Origin: Chloroflexota bacterium
GTDB taxonomy: Bacteria; Chloroflexota; UBA11872; VXNJ01
Assembly: GCA_965261345.1 (NCBI GenBank)
Contig: OZ253449.1
Location: 1,536,001 to 1,600,000 of the forward strand
Direction: 5' to 3'
DNA: 64,000 bases
Part shown: positions 49,796-60,451 of the stretch, piece by piece
Layout of the letters: each line of letters begins with the position of its first letter
Numbering within the stretch: the first letter of the stretch is position 1
Notes under the pieces: model-generated
The model's database searches: none
What the model was told of the DNA's origin: nothing
What the model saw: only the letters and a program-made list of their open reading frames with translations
Translations under genes and position numbers: made by a program

Positions 49796-51722
49796 AGAAC
49801 AGCCAGTCCAACTGGTACCAGGACAAGGAGTGAAAGTCTCCCGTGATGAAGGGCGAGAGCCAGCCCACATCAGCCCGCGAGCCGTGCGCGGGTAACCGCG
49901 AGGTTACCCGTGAAGCGTCGGTAGCGGGGCATGCGAGCCGGGCTATCGAGCGCCGAAATACCGGTTCGGAGCGCCGAGACCGTGATTCTGGTCGAAGGCA
50001 ACACCGACAGCGGCGATATTGGCAAGTCGCTGATCTGGGCTCCGCGGCGTCGAAGAACTCGCGCACGTATGCACGTCCATCCCCGGGACCTGGGAGACCT
50101 GTCCAGCGCCCCAACGCACTCGCAGCATTGGGGCCGCATCGGGAAGGAAGGAGTTTCGCAATCCGATGATGCACGATGTGCAGAAGTCTGATGCGGCCAT
50201 AGTACCTGCGAAGGCGGCGAACAATGGGGCGTAAAACCCCGGCGGAGCCGCCGGAGGAAAGGGCCGCAAGCAAGAGGAACGCGCCAGGCACCGGCACGGA
50301 CTACACCCAGGGGTGGGTTCCCGTGTCACCCGGAGCCGAACGCGTACGGCAACACGCCAAAGAGAACCCAGAGGGAAAACTCACCGCGCTCTTACACCAC
50401 ATAGACCTTGACGCGCTAAGGGATGCGTTCTACGGGCTAAAACCCAATGCCGCTCCCGGCGCCGACGGGATCACGTGGAGGATGTACGAGGAAAACCTGG
50501 AAGAGAAACTTCTCGACCTTAAAGACCGCGTGCACAAAGGAGCATACCGAGCGACCCCCGTCCTGCGGGTAGCGATACCCAAACCGGACGGCGGGAAGCG
50601 AGCGCTTGGAATCGCATCCATAGAGGACAAGATCCTGCAGCGGGCGGTGTGTCAACAGATCCTTGACCCGATCTATGAATCGGAGTTCGCCGGGTTCGCA
50701 TACGGGTTCCGGCCAAAAAGATCAGCGCACGACGCGCTGGACGCCCTGGCCTACGCCATCGAACGGAGAAAAGTCAACTGGATTCTTGACGCCGACATAA
50801 AAGGCTTCTTCGACCATCTCGACCGCGAGCGACTCATCTCGTTCCTGGGAGAGCGAATCGGAGACAACCGCGTCCTGCGCCTAATCCGCAAATGGCTGAG
50901 CACCGGAGTAATGGAAGCCGGAGAACTATCCGACAGCGTGCAGGGAACACCGCAAGGGGCGCCGATATCGCCGCTGCTTGCCAACGTGTACCTGCACAAA
51001 GTCCTGGACTCATGGTTTGCCAAGGAATGGCGACCCAAAAGCGCCAGCGGCGAGGTCTACATCGTCAGGTATGCCGATGACTTCGTCCTGGGATTTGAGT
51101 ACCGCAGCGATGCGGTCAGATTTGCAAAGGATTTGCGAGACAGGCTAGAAGAGTACGGATTAGAGCTTGCAGCCCACAAGACCCGCCTGATCGAGTTCGG
51201 CCGATACGCGATCGAGAATCGCCGCCAGCGTAACGACAGCCGTCCGGAGACTTTTGACTTCCTCGGCCTAACGCATTACTGCCGGACGATGAGCAACGGA
51301 AAGTTCGGACTGGGACGCAAGCCCATCGCCAAGCGCGTCAGACGCACCCTGAAGGCGATCAAAGAGAAGCTGCGTATGCGCATGCACGACGATCCCGCGC
51401 AGACCGGGCAATGGCTCGGGATGGTGCTGAACGGATGGCTCAACTATTACGCCGTCCCCACCAGTTATCCGTCCCTTTGTCGATTCCGCCAACGGCTGCA
51501 ATGGCATTGGAAACGCACCCTGCAGCGTCGCTCGGACAAAGATCGCACCACCTGGGAGCGCATCAGCCAGCTTTGCGACCAACTCTGGCCGCCCGTCCAA
51601 ATCCGCCACCCATGGCCCGCCCAGCGCTTTGCCGTTAGATACTCAAGCTAGGAGCCCGGTGCGTTAACGCGCACGCCGGGATCTGTACGGGGGGCATCGG
51701 GCAACCGGTGTTCCTACCGTGA
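49796..51722 (+). mobile_element. Group II intron (ribozyme + RT); boundaries +/-1 nt
   Basis: Domain V GAGCCCGGTGCG-TTAA-CGCGCACGCCGGGATC and domain VI ending CCTACCGTGA; removal rejoins IS3 orfA in frame. Confidence 0.88.
50224..51651 (+). CDS. ltrA: Group II intron reverse transcriptase/maturase without endonuclease domain
   Basis: AAPGADG, IPKPDGG.R.LGI, YGFRP.RS.H.A, DADI..FFD, GTPQG..ISPLLAN.YL, YADD, FDFLG, GW.NYY. Confidence 0.95.
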   Translation: MGRKTPAEPPEERAASKRNAPGTGTDYTQGWVPVSPGAERVRQHAKENPEGKLTALLHHIDLDALRDAFYGLKPNAAPGADGITWRMYEENLEEKLLDLKDRVHKGAYRATPVLRVAIPKPDGGKRALGIASIEDKILQRAVCQQILDPIYESEFAGFAYGFRPKRSAHDALDALAYAIERRKVNWILDADIKGFFDHLDRERLISFLGERIGDNRVLRLIRKWLSTGVMEAGELSDSVQGTPQGAPISPLLANVYLHKVLDSWFAKEWRPKSASGEVYIVRYADDFVLGFEYRSDAVRFAKDLRDRLEEYGLELAAHKTRLIEFGRYAIENRRQRNDSRPETFDFLGLTHYCRTMSNGKFGLGRKPIAKRVRRTLKAIKEKLRMRMHDDPAQTGQWLGMVLNGWLNYYAVPTSYPSLCRFRQRLQWHWKRTLQRRSDKDRTTWERISQLCDQLWPPVQIRHPWPAQRFAVRYSS

Positions 51723-52898
51723 ATCAACAAGCTCCGGGCGATAGAGCTGGGCATCGCCCAGGGCGACACCGTCGAGCAGAGCTGCCGCAAGGCGGCGATC
51801 AACGTCCAGACCTATTACCGCTGGCGCTCCCGCTACGGCGGAATGACGATCGCCGAGGCCAAGGAAGCCAAGCGCCTGCGCGAGGAGAACACGCGCTTAA
51901 AGAAGGTGGTGGCCGACCAGGCCCTGGACATCCAGATCCTTCAATGAGAGGCCTTAAGGAAACTTCTAAGCCCGGAGCGGCGGCGCAAGTGCGTCGATCA
52001 CATCCGGGCGATCTTCAAGGTCTCCGAACGCAGGGCCTGCCGGGTGCTGGGCCAGCCCCGCCGCACCCAGCGCTACATCCCAAAACCCGATCCGGAAGAG
52101 GACAACCTCACCGCCGAGATCAGGATGCTTTCCCTCAAACACCCCCGCTATGGCTACAAGCGCATCACCGCCCTGCTTAAACACTCGGGCTGGAAACTGA
52201 ACCGCAAACGGGTATTGCGCATCTGGCGCGCGCAGGGCCTTAAGGTCCCGATCCGAAAGGTCAAGAAGTCGCGCCTCTGGCTGGAGAACGGACGCTCTAC
52301 GCGGCTTATGGCCGAGCGCCCGAATCACGTCTGGGCCTACGACTTTACTTAACCAGCGCACCGAGGACGGCAGACCGCTGCGGATCCTGACCGTGGTCGA
52401 TGAGTTCACCCGCGTGGCCTTAGCGGCCCGGGCGGCCCGATCCTTCCCTGCCGGGGACGTGATCGAGGTCATCGCGGATCTCATGCTCATCCACGGGGTC
52501 CCCGAGCACATCCGCTCTGACAACGGCCCCGAATTTACTGCCAAAGCGATAAGGCAATGGCTATCGGCAAACCAGGTCAAGACCGTCTACATCAAGCCCG
52601 GAGCACCATGGGAGAACGCCTATGCCGAATCCTTCATCTCCAGGGTGAGGGACGAACTCCTGGAGCGCGAGATCTTCTACACCCTCGAGGAGGCCAGGGT
52701 GATGCTGGAGCGCTTCCGGATCGACTACAACAGCGTGCGTCCGCACAGTGCGCTCGGCTACCTATCGCCCCTGGAAGCGATCGCGGCGGCGGCGTGATGG
52801 AGTACCTGCAAGTTGCAATCCGGCTGCTGCCGGCCGGCCTCATCGACGGCCTGGGGTCCGCCTTCGTGGGCGCTGCGGGCGCCTGCAAAATCAACCTC

Positions 52899-52930
52899 GC
52901 CGCCAACTCTCCTGCAGGAGAGTTGGCGGC
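52899..52930. repeat. Perfect 32-bp palindrome
   Basis: GCCGCCAACTCTCCTG|CAGGAGAGTTGGCGGC, within the IS3 3' region. Confidence 0.9.
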
Positions 52931-53317
52931 ACCCTCCCACAAGACAATGTCTCAAACCACCTGGTACCAAAACCGGGGACCTGCCAGCCACCAGCAGGCA
53001 GTTCCCGATGACCGTCCACAATCAGCATGGAAATTTCGGATGGTGCGGAGCGACGAATCAGATTCGAAGTCCGAATCCGATTACCGCTATTCGAGCGCAA
53101 TTCGAAGTTCCCCAGTTGAGGGACGTCGCGTCGCGCTGACCAGACCCAAACCCGGCAAGACTCATCCGTTTTTTGATACAAATCTTGGCGAAAGGCCACT
53201 ACATCGAGCGCCCGAGTCCGTCTGAGGAATCGCCGGTGGATGTGAAAGTTAGATCCGCCAACGGCGCAACAGCGTAAATTTCTCGAAGGTCGCTGCGACT
53301 GAATCAACACGCGTTCA

Positions 53318-53352
53318 AAATACTGTAAATGTATGAACTAGCCACAGTATTT
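53318..53352. promoter_or_regulatory. Inverted-repeat operator candidate of the TA operon
   Basis: AAATACTGT-N17-ACAGTATTT ending 4 bp before the antitoxin ATG. Confidence 0.6.
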
Positions 53353-53356
53353 CCAA

Positions 53357-53623
53357 ATGAAGAAGAACATCACTGTCGCAGTTGACGCAGAGTTGTATCG
53401 TCTAAACCGAATTAAAGCTGCCGAAACCGGGACAACCGTGACTTCAATGGTGCGCAATTTCCTGCATTGGAATGTGTACGGCCGGACCCCGAGTGGGGAA
53501 TTATCGGGCCACTATGATGACGTGCGCGCCATATTCGCGCTAGCAGATGCCAGTGAACATGAATTTGGCGTCGCAGACATGCTTCCGCGCGATCAACTGC
53601 ATGATCGAAATGCAGTTCGTTGA
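53357..53623 (+). CDS. RHH-type antitoxin
   Basis: KNITVAVD.EL....RIKAAE.GT.V..MVR; C-terminal RD.LHDR; overlaps the PIN gene. Confidence 0.8.
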   Translation: MKKNITVAVDAELYRLNRIKAAETGTTVTSMVRNFLHWNVYGRTPSGELSGHYDDVRAIFALADASEHEFGVADMLPRDQLHDRNAVR

Positions 53624-54047
53624 TACCAACATCCTCATTCAAGCGGTCGGCAAGCGCTGAAATGAGTTGGAGAAAAGGCAGGCGGCTCGACGAATACTCG
53701 AATCCGAAGATTTTGCAGTCTCGGTGCAAGTCTTGCAAGAGTTTTACGTTCAAATTGCGCGAACATCTAGCCCGGTCGGTATATCGCACGAATCAGCAAG
53801 CCGGATCATCGACGGGTTAATTGAATCTAGGGGTGTAAAGATCCAAACGAAAACCCTAAAGGTGTTGCGCTCGGCGCTAGCTTTTCGCGCTCGAATCGCA
53901 TTAAGTGCTTGGGATTGCACGATTTTGGCTGCGGCTCAAGCCTGCGGTTGCGAAGAGATATTATCCGAAGATTTCAGTCATCAGCTCGACTACGGCGGGA
54001 TGCGCGTGATCAACCCTTTCGTCGACCTATGTAGATCGTCCGCATGA
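53610..54047 (+). pseudogene. PIN-domain toxin with in-frame TGA
   Basis: FVDTNIL, S.QVLQEF, WD..I..AA...GC..I.SEDF, INPF; TGA at 53658-53660. Confidence 0.82.
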
Positions 54048-54098
54048 TCGACTTCGCGTAACAGCCTTAGGAAATTCGACAACTACTGCGGCAATTGA

Positions 54099-54136
54099 CG
54101 CATTGACTCACTGTTTTTGTAATCGAAACAGGCCGT
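54099..54136 (+). repeat. Orphan IS end nearly identical to 62876-62914
   Basis: CGCATTGACTCACTGTTTTTGTAA.C.AAACAGG..CCGT at both sites. Confidence 0.8.
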
Positions 54137-54418
54137 CAGTAGAGGGCGGCAAGATGGCCCTGCGCATCGTGTGCGCTTACATTTACAACCCGGTTGTTTT
54201 ACGCCACACTCCAGAGAACGTGATTCGGGGTGGTGGACGCACATTCACATTTACGCCGACCGCACCAAGGGCGTGAATCGTGATTTACCCGTCGCGAGTT
54301 GACATTAAATCCTCAATCGGCGCGAAAATAATGGGAAACGAAAAGAAAACCAAATCGTTGAAGTTCGCCTTTATCAGGAAGACAACACGAATGGGATAAG
54401 AAAAGAACAGGAAACGAA

Positions 54419-55651
54419 TTGAAAATGATTGGACAGACGAGCCATTACAGTACCCCTGACCATTGGGTTATCTATGAATTCAGTGCGATAGCATCAGCGC
54501 TTATTAAGGCTAAAACTGCTGCCGCTACCCTGAACCGGTTGCCGTACCTGCCGCAATGGATCGAGCAGGCACACGAAGAGCAACTGCGGTTAGAGGCGGC
54601 CGGAACAACTTTGATAGAAGGTGCCGTTTTCTCAGAGCGCGAAAAAGAAGAAGCACTTTCAGCCAATGCCGAGATGAGTAGCGTATTTAATCATTCTCAA
54701 AGGCAATTGAGGGCGGCCGATGCAACCTACCGTTGGATTCGAGAGCAACCAGCGGCGCGAAAAATCGACGCGAGATTCGTATTTGAATTTCACCACCAAC
54801 TTGTAACCGGTTGTGATGACGACCATTGCGAACCTGGCGCGCTGCGACGAACCGGTGCGGAAGCCACTTTTGGAATACCTAGGTGCAGGGGCGCGCGAGG
54901 AGGCGGCGAACTTGCTAACGCATTCGATGGACTAATGACGGCATTCGCTGGCGAGTTTCGACGGCATGATCGCATTGTGCAAGCGATGGCGGCTCACTAC
55001 CATCTCGGTGCCATGCACCCATTTGGCGACGGCAATGGTCGTACCGCGCGGGCATTGGAATCATTCATGCTGCGAGCGGCCGGCGTTAACGAAATGGTGA
55101 TGGTTAGTTTGTCAAATTACTACTACGAGCATGAAAATTCTTACTTTAAATCATTGGATGAATCTCGAAAACAGGGGCACAATCTGACCCCATTTCTCAT
55201 GTTCGCGCTTGACGCGGTTGAATCCCGCTGTAACGCCCTTGCGGATGAAATCGTCATCAACAACAAACGTATCCTCTACCGGGAATTTGCCAGGTCACTT
55301 TTCGGGCGATTACAGAGCCCCCGCCGACGAGCGATCGTTACCCGACAACTGCACATCATTGATGTTCTACTCGGATCCGACAGCATGGAACCCGACGAAT
55401 TGCTCTTAAAAGTCTGGATGCACTATGACGGCTTGAAGCACAAAATACGGGCGTTTGTCAGGGATTTGTCGGGGTTATTAAATCAATTTGCAATCGTGTA
55501 CAGGGATAACCAGTTGTCGGTGGACCTTGACTGGCCACTTAAAACCGCCGGATCGGACCGAATGCAGCAGTACGAACAAATGCCGGCAGCTGCAACCAGC
55601 GCGTTTCCTTCGATGGCGGAACTGTCAAAGTTGTTGGGTCGAAACCGTTGA
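54419..55651 (+). CDS. Fic-family protein
   Basis: TTLIEG, HPFGDGNGRTAR. Confidence 0.9.
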   Translation: MKMIGQTSHYSTPDHWVIYEFSAIASALIKAKTAAATLNRLPYLPQWIEQAHEEQLRLEAAGTTLIEGAVFSEREKEEALSANAEMSSVFNHSQRQLRAADATYRWIREQPAARKIDARFVFEFHHQLVTGCDDDHCEPGALRRTGAEATFGIPRCRGARGGGELANAFDGLMTAFAGEFRRHDRIVQAMAAHYHLGAMHPFGDGNGRTARALESFMLRAAGVNEMVMVSLSNYYYEHENSYFKSLDESRKQGHNLTPFLMFALDAVESRCNALADEIVINNKRILYREFARSLFGRLQSPRRRAIVTRQLHIIDVLLGSDSMEPDELLLKVWMHYDGLKHKIRAFVRDLSGLLNQFAIVYRDNQLSVDLDWPLKTAGSDRMQQYEQMPAAATSAFPSMAELSKLLGRNR

Positions 55652-56095
55652 CAATTCGTGCCGATTGAATTCCCATTCGCGCGGTTTCCACTTCATTGGG
55701 CCCAGCCCGATTTCAGATCGATGATCTGCGCACGAATGGATCGCAGCAATGGTGCTTACAGGAGCGCTTGAGGTGGTATAGGAAACCTGGTTAAGTGGTC
55801 TCTAGTCCGCGGTTATGTGGTGTGGTTGCTCAGCGATTCGGTCAGAGGTTAAATGTCCAGGAAAAATGCCAGTCCTTCTTTAACAGAGGGCCCGACATTG
55901 AACCTGCAGCAACGCGCCCGGATTCAAGTCCTTCGATGCGTCCTGGCGCACCAGGTTACGGTCGCCTAAGCGTCCAATGTGCTCGACGTTTCCGAGCGCC
56001 ATATCTGGCTGGCGTTTGCTTTCCGTCTACAAGGAAGCAGCGGGAGGCGCGAATAGTATTCACCGATTCGAATCGTCCACGAAAAGAATCGGCAC

Positions 56096-57784
56096 CTACT
56101 CGCCGACGCCATCTGGTTGGTATCCAACCAACCAGGTGCTACCGGCCACGGCAACAAATCGCACGATGGCTTTGTGTCCATCGGCGTCTTGAAGGCCGAT
56201 TGGCTCCCTCAGTTCGAACGGCGCTGGTTGCGATTGGCATTCGTGGATAGCCACGTTTTGTGTGTACAAGTAGGTTCGACCAAGCGGATCCTTGATCGGA
56301 TTGAGCCGGCCTGATATTCCGGGCACCCGCCCTGTGCGGTCGTCAAAGATCACTGATCCTCCACCGGGGCACAGAGCAAGCTGCATCGTTAACGCATATT
56401 CTGACGGTACCCAGTCGAGCTCTACGGCGGCTGCGATCCCGTCGCCGGCTGCGAATACCATCATTTTTTGACCGAGATCGTGAAGTTGCAGGTTCGCCGT
56501 ACCATTACTGTCAGTGATTGCGGATCGGTAGGTTCCGTTCGGAAATAGCGCCGAAATGTGGACACCTGGGGCGGGGGAATTGTCAATCAGGGCCGTGACG
56601 CTTGACCCATCGCCCAGGCTTAGGCTGCGCAACTGGGTCCAGGGGGAGACTTCGACATCGTTGGCGCGGGAAGAAAAATCTCCCCCGTATACGATTGCCG
56701 TTTCAATGTGCTGGGACACGGAACTGAGATGTTGGGATACGCGCCTGACACCGCCAGCGCGGTTAGTAGGTAGGGTGGCGGACGATTTGCACTCGATGAC
56801 CGCCAGGCGATTTGGGTCGTCGATGACAAGATCAGCTTCCGCCCCATTGCTAGCCCGGTAATGGCCAAGGCCTTGTGCCAGGCCACTATTGGTACGGTGC
56901 TTGAGGATCTCGGATACGACCCAAGTCTCAAATAACGGACCCCTGAGCGGGTGCGTTCGCAACTGATCCACGGTCTTGATGCCCAGAAGGTAACAAACCA
57001 AGCCAGTGTCGATGAAATGAAGCTTTGGCATCTTTATTAGTCGTTTTCGGATGTTTGCGTGGTACGCTGACAGCCGATAAGCAATGTAGGCAATCTCTAG
57101 CATGCCGAACCAGGATTTCGCCGTCGGCTGCGTAATTCCGGCGTCGCTGGCCAGAGAGGACAAATTCAATAGTTGCGCTGTCCGACCAGCGCACAGTTGC
57201 ACAAACCGTCGAAAGTCCGATAGATCCCCGATGTTTCTAATTGACCTCACGTCCCGCTCCAAATAGGTGCTGACGTAGGAGCGGTACCAATCGGTCGGAT
57301 CTAGTGATTGGTCAAAGGTTCTCGGGTACCCGCCTGTCAGGATGGATTCGAACATATCCATAGGTGCGAGTCCAAAACGTGTGATTTCGCCGCGCGTTAG
57401 TGGCAGCAACTCGTGTACGGTTGTCCTGCCTGCGAGCGATTGCTGCACCGATTGCAGCAACGCAACGTTGTGCGATCCGGTAAGGACCCATTTCCCGGGT
57501 CGCGGATCCTGGTCAATCGACGGTTGAAGGTACGACAGCAATGCCGGTATGTTTTGCACTTCGTCGATGATCGCCCCGTCGGGGAATTGGGAAAGAAAAC
57601 CGCGAGGATCCGACTCGGCTAGAGCACGAACATCTGGGAATTCGAGATTTGCGTAAGGTAGGTGTGGAAATAATGCTCTGCAAAGGATTGTTTTGCCGCT
57701 TTGCCTTGGACCGGTCAGTGTCAATGTCGAGAATTGGGCCGCAGACTTTAATAGCAACGGTGAAATGTCACGATCGATCAACAA
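56096..57784 (-). CDS. AAA_14 ATPase-DUF4143 protein with extra C-terminal domain
   Basis: GPRQSGKT, IIDEVQ, LTGS, SLAGR, GGYP, YLERDV, PKL.F.DTGL, E.DL...IE.K. Confidence 0.9.
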   Translation of the reverse strand: MLIDRDISPLLLKSAAQFSTLTLTGPRQSGKTILCRALFPHLPYANLEFPDVRALAESDPRGFLSQFPDGAIIDEVQNIPALLSYLQPSIDQDPRPGKWVLTGSHNVALLQSVQQSLAGRTTVHELLPLTRGEITRFGLAPMDMFESILTGGYPRTFDQSLDPTDWYRSYVSTYLERDVRSIRNIGDLSDFRRFVQLCAGRTAQLLNLSSLASDAGITQPTAKSWFGMLEIAYIAYRLSAYHANIRKRLIKMPKLHFIDTGLVCYLLGIKTVDQLRTHPLRGPLFETWVVSEILKHRTNSGLAQGLGHYRASNGAEADLVIDDPNRLAVIECKSSATLPTNRAGGVRRVSQHLSSVSQHIETAIVYGGDFSSRANDVEVSPWTQLRSLSLGDGSSVTALIDNSPAPGVHISALFPNGTYRSAITDSNGTANLQLHDLGQKMMVFAAGDGIAAAVELDWVPSEYALTMQLALCPGGGSVIFDDRTGRVPGISGRLNPIKDPLGRTYLYTQNVAIHECQSQPAPFELREPIGLQDADGHKAIVRFVAVAGSTWLVGYQPDGVGE

Positions 57785-57879
57785 AGCCGATCTCCTATAG
57801 TATGCAAATCCAAAACGGCACTTGGATAAAGCATACTATTCCGACCTAGGCTGTGGGTTGGCGCAGGGCTTCTCACCCG

Positions 57880-58254
57880 GAGAGCCACCAGGTCCCGGGT
57901 CTTGCGCCTCCAACGGATCCGAGTTCAGATCACACCAGTTCAGGGAGATGGTTGCCGCCCTTAGCGCCCGCCAGAAGTTCATTCACGCCGGAAGGCCCCA
58001 GACCAACGGTTGCGTCGAACGGGTCCAAGGGACCATCCTTCAGGAGTGCTGGAAGCCGGCCTTTGCCCGTTACCTGGTCCCCAAGCAAACTGGATTAAGA
58101 CGCGAGTTGAACCGTTATCTGCGCTACTACAACCGCGATCGCGCTCACACCGGCAGGTGGAACCTGGGCAGGACCCCCGAAGCGGTCATCGGCAAGGGCA
58201 GAATCTATGCTTGAGAAACAGCGGGATGTGTCGCTAGATCTCCGAAACGGGACA
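57880..58254 (+). mobile_element. IS481-like 3' remnant
   Basis: NGSEF, RPQTNG.VER, YN.DR.H.G; terminus ...GAAACGGGACA; left boundary approximate. Confidence 0.7.
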
Positions 58255-59047
58255 GGCTAGTTGCCGAACTGCGCTTGGCCGGGGCGAGGACCATCACTTC
58301 CGCCAACGCCGTGTTAGATGAATTCGTTGAGCGCTTCAATGCTCGGTTCGCAGTACCCGCCAGGCAAGCAGATCAGGCTTATCGGGTCCTTGAACCAGAA
58401 CTGGATCTGGCCGCGGTCCTCTGCTTTAAACACTCCCGCCGGGTGGGCCGCGACAACACTGTCAAGTACAAGTGGAAGACCGTGCAGCTCCTGCCCGGAC
58501 TCGATCGACTTACCTACGCTGGCGCAACAGTGGAAGTGCTAGAGCATCCCGACGGCCAGCTGCGGGTGCGACACGAAGGGAAGGTTATCCCGATACAGCT
58601 GGCGGCGCCACGACCGGGGGCATTGCGCGCCGCGGGCGGTATGCTCGCCCCAACCCCCGATCTGGGGCGCACCGAAAAGATCCTTGCCGATACGGCCTTA
58701 AGCCGGGACCAACTGCTCAGCCTGGCGCGGCTCGAACCGGCAGAGCCAGCCGATGGCAATGGAATCCGCCATGAGCAACTTGACAAGCGCAAGCCAACCC
58801 GGCGGCAGTTGGCGCTCTGGAAGCCGGTACAGCACGCAAAGCTACAGGGGCACTCGCTGCTGCGGGCGATTGCCAGGCAATTGGGGGTCTCACGCAACAC
58901 CATACGCAAGTACACTCATGCGCTAACCCCGCCGATGAACCGATTGCCAGACAGGATCCAGGTCGCAAGTATCCGAGAGTGATCGCGGTCATCACCACTG
59001 ACATATTCGCTGGTCAATTGGACTGACATAGTCGCTGAGCTACGACA
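58255..59047 (+). mobile_element. ISNCY/IS1202-like 3' remnant
   Basis: RL..ELRLAG..T...AN..L..F...FN.RF, R.V..DNT; end with two ACTGACATA.TCGCTG repeats (58997, 59022) and terminal ACA. Confidence 0.72.
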
Positions 59048-59096
59048 CAGAAGTGGGGAATTTCGGTGATCGTCAACACAATGATCCCAGGACAAG

Positions 59097-60154
59097 TTAC
59101 GCCGCCAGCAGCTTTTCGGCCCGCAGCAGGTTGGATAGCCCGGCCAGCAGCAGCAGGCGCTGGGTGTTCTTGTAGAGCCCGCGGTACCTGACCTTCCCGT
59201 TGCCGAACCAGCACTTGAGATCGTAGAACGGGTGCTCCACCCTGGCGCGCATCGATGACTTCGCCTGCTCGGCTCGCTCCTGGTCAGAATCCTTGTCGAG
59301 GAGTTTGCGCTTCCCCTTGCGCATGGCGATCCTGAACTCGACCTCCTCCTCCGGCAGCCTCTCCTCAATCCCCTGGTAACCGGCGTCTCCCCATACGGTC
59401 TTCTCTTTACCGGTGAGCAGGAATCCGGCCACATTCAGGTCGTGCACGTTGGCCGGGGTGGTGACAAGGGAGTGGACGATTCCCGATCCAGAGTCCACCC
59501 CGACATGGGCCTTCAGGCCGAAGCGCCACTGATTGCCCTTACTTGGCGGAACGCATCTCGGGATCGCGTTTCTTTGCGCGGTTCTTGGTCGAGGACGGCG
59601 CGGCGATGATGGTGGCGTCGACGATGGTTCCCTGCTGCAGCCGCACGCCCTTGGCGGCAAGGTGGTCGATGATGCGCTGGAAGATCTTTGCGGCCAGGCC
59701 GTTCTCCTCCAGGCGGCGACGGAAGTTGAGGATGGTGGTCTCGTCGGGCAACGGTCCATCCAATGCAAAGCCGCAGAATCGGCGCACCGACTCAATGTCG
59801 TAGAGAGCGTCCTCCATCGCTGGATCGGAGAGGTTATGGGTTATCTGCGCCACATGCACGCGCAGCATCTTTTCCAATGTGTAGGGACGGCGGCCGTTGC
59901 CGGCCGTGGGATATACGGGTCCAATCAGATCTTCCAGCTCTGACCAGGGGACCAGGCTGTCAAGGCGGTCAAGGAAGAGTTCGCGCCCGGTCTTGCGCTT
60001 CTTGCTCTCGAATGCGACGTCGGCGAAGGTGCGTTCGGACACGGTCGGGGTTCCAACTCTGCCAGATGTCATGTTCTGATTTTGGATCAGATATCCGATT
60101 CAGCCCAGAGCCGGATAGCCGGCCGGGGTTGGCGGAGACTAATTCAGAGTTGCC
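59097..60154 (-). mobile_element. IS5-family element, frameshifted transposase, one end not found
   Basis: LSDP.MEDAL, PDETTILNFR, VDAT, FG.K.H.GVD, DAGY.G, RA.VEHPF; extra T in AAG-T-AAG near 59540; end GGCAACTCTGAATT at 60154 next to TTAG. Confidence 0.88.
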
Positions 60155-60385
60155 TTAGGATTCCCGCTCAGATTCTCCGGTGATTCTCAGCATTTGCTGG
60201 GCGCGCTCAATTCGCTGACGGAGACTGTCTTGGAACTCGGGATCGCGTTTGCGATTTTCGATGTGCCCCGCAATAGCCATTCGAACAATCTGCACGACCG
60301 GCTTGCCTTCGACAGCCGCGACAGTATCCAATTCTTCCGCTTGCTCGGCCGAGAGGCGGACTGTCATTGCTTTCTGCGGATCCAT
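60155..60385 (-). CDS. Ribbon-helix-helix (CopG-like) regulator
   Basis: AMTVRL......L..VA..EG.....IVR.AI. Confidence 0.75.
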   Translation of the reverse strand: MDPQKAMTVRLSAEQAEELDTVAAVEGKPVVQIVRMAIAGHIENRKRDPEFQDSLRQRIERAQQMLRITGESERES

Positions 60386-60391
60386 GATCGA

Positions 60392-60451
60392 ATTTTCATC
60401 AATGGTTCGATGGTTGTCAAATGTCGGGCGATCATGATGTCTTGGTATACT
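60392..60451. promoter_or_regulatory. Divergent sigma70-type promoters
   Basis: Minus strand: TTGACA-17bp-GAAAAT, 6 nt before the RHH ATG. Plus strand: TGGTATACT extended -10 (60443-60451) before the Ubl gene. Confidence 0.6.

Larger units (their letters stand above)
49695..52986 (+). mobile_element. IS3-family element (degenerate) interrupted by a group II intron
   Basis: IRs TGGC..G.TCCCC....TTGGTACCAG; 5-bp target duplication GCCAC (49690-49694, 52987-52991); orfA MAKRKYSPEQI/INKLR; orfB PRYGY.RI, W.YDF, RSDNGPEF, PWEN...ESF, RPHS.LGY with a premature TAA at 52350. Confidence 0.9.

Noticed and set aside
50224-51651. RT as a retron, DGR or defence RT
   Set aside because: The maturase-type C-terminus, domain V/VI directly downstream and a cleanly split host gene identify a group II intron.
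30786-53660. TGA recoding suggested by in-frame TGAs at 30786 and 53658
   Set aside because: Many intact genes, including recA, end in TGA, and nearby pseudogenes carry TAG/TAA stops; ordinary nonsense mutation is simpler.
58997-59047. Short direct repeats here and at the IS21 ends as CRISPR repeats
   Set aside because: Only two copies with very short spacing at IS termini, consistent with transposase-binding sites; no cas genes or array in the window.
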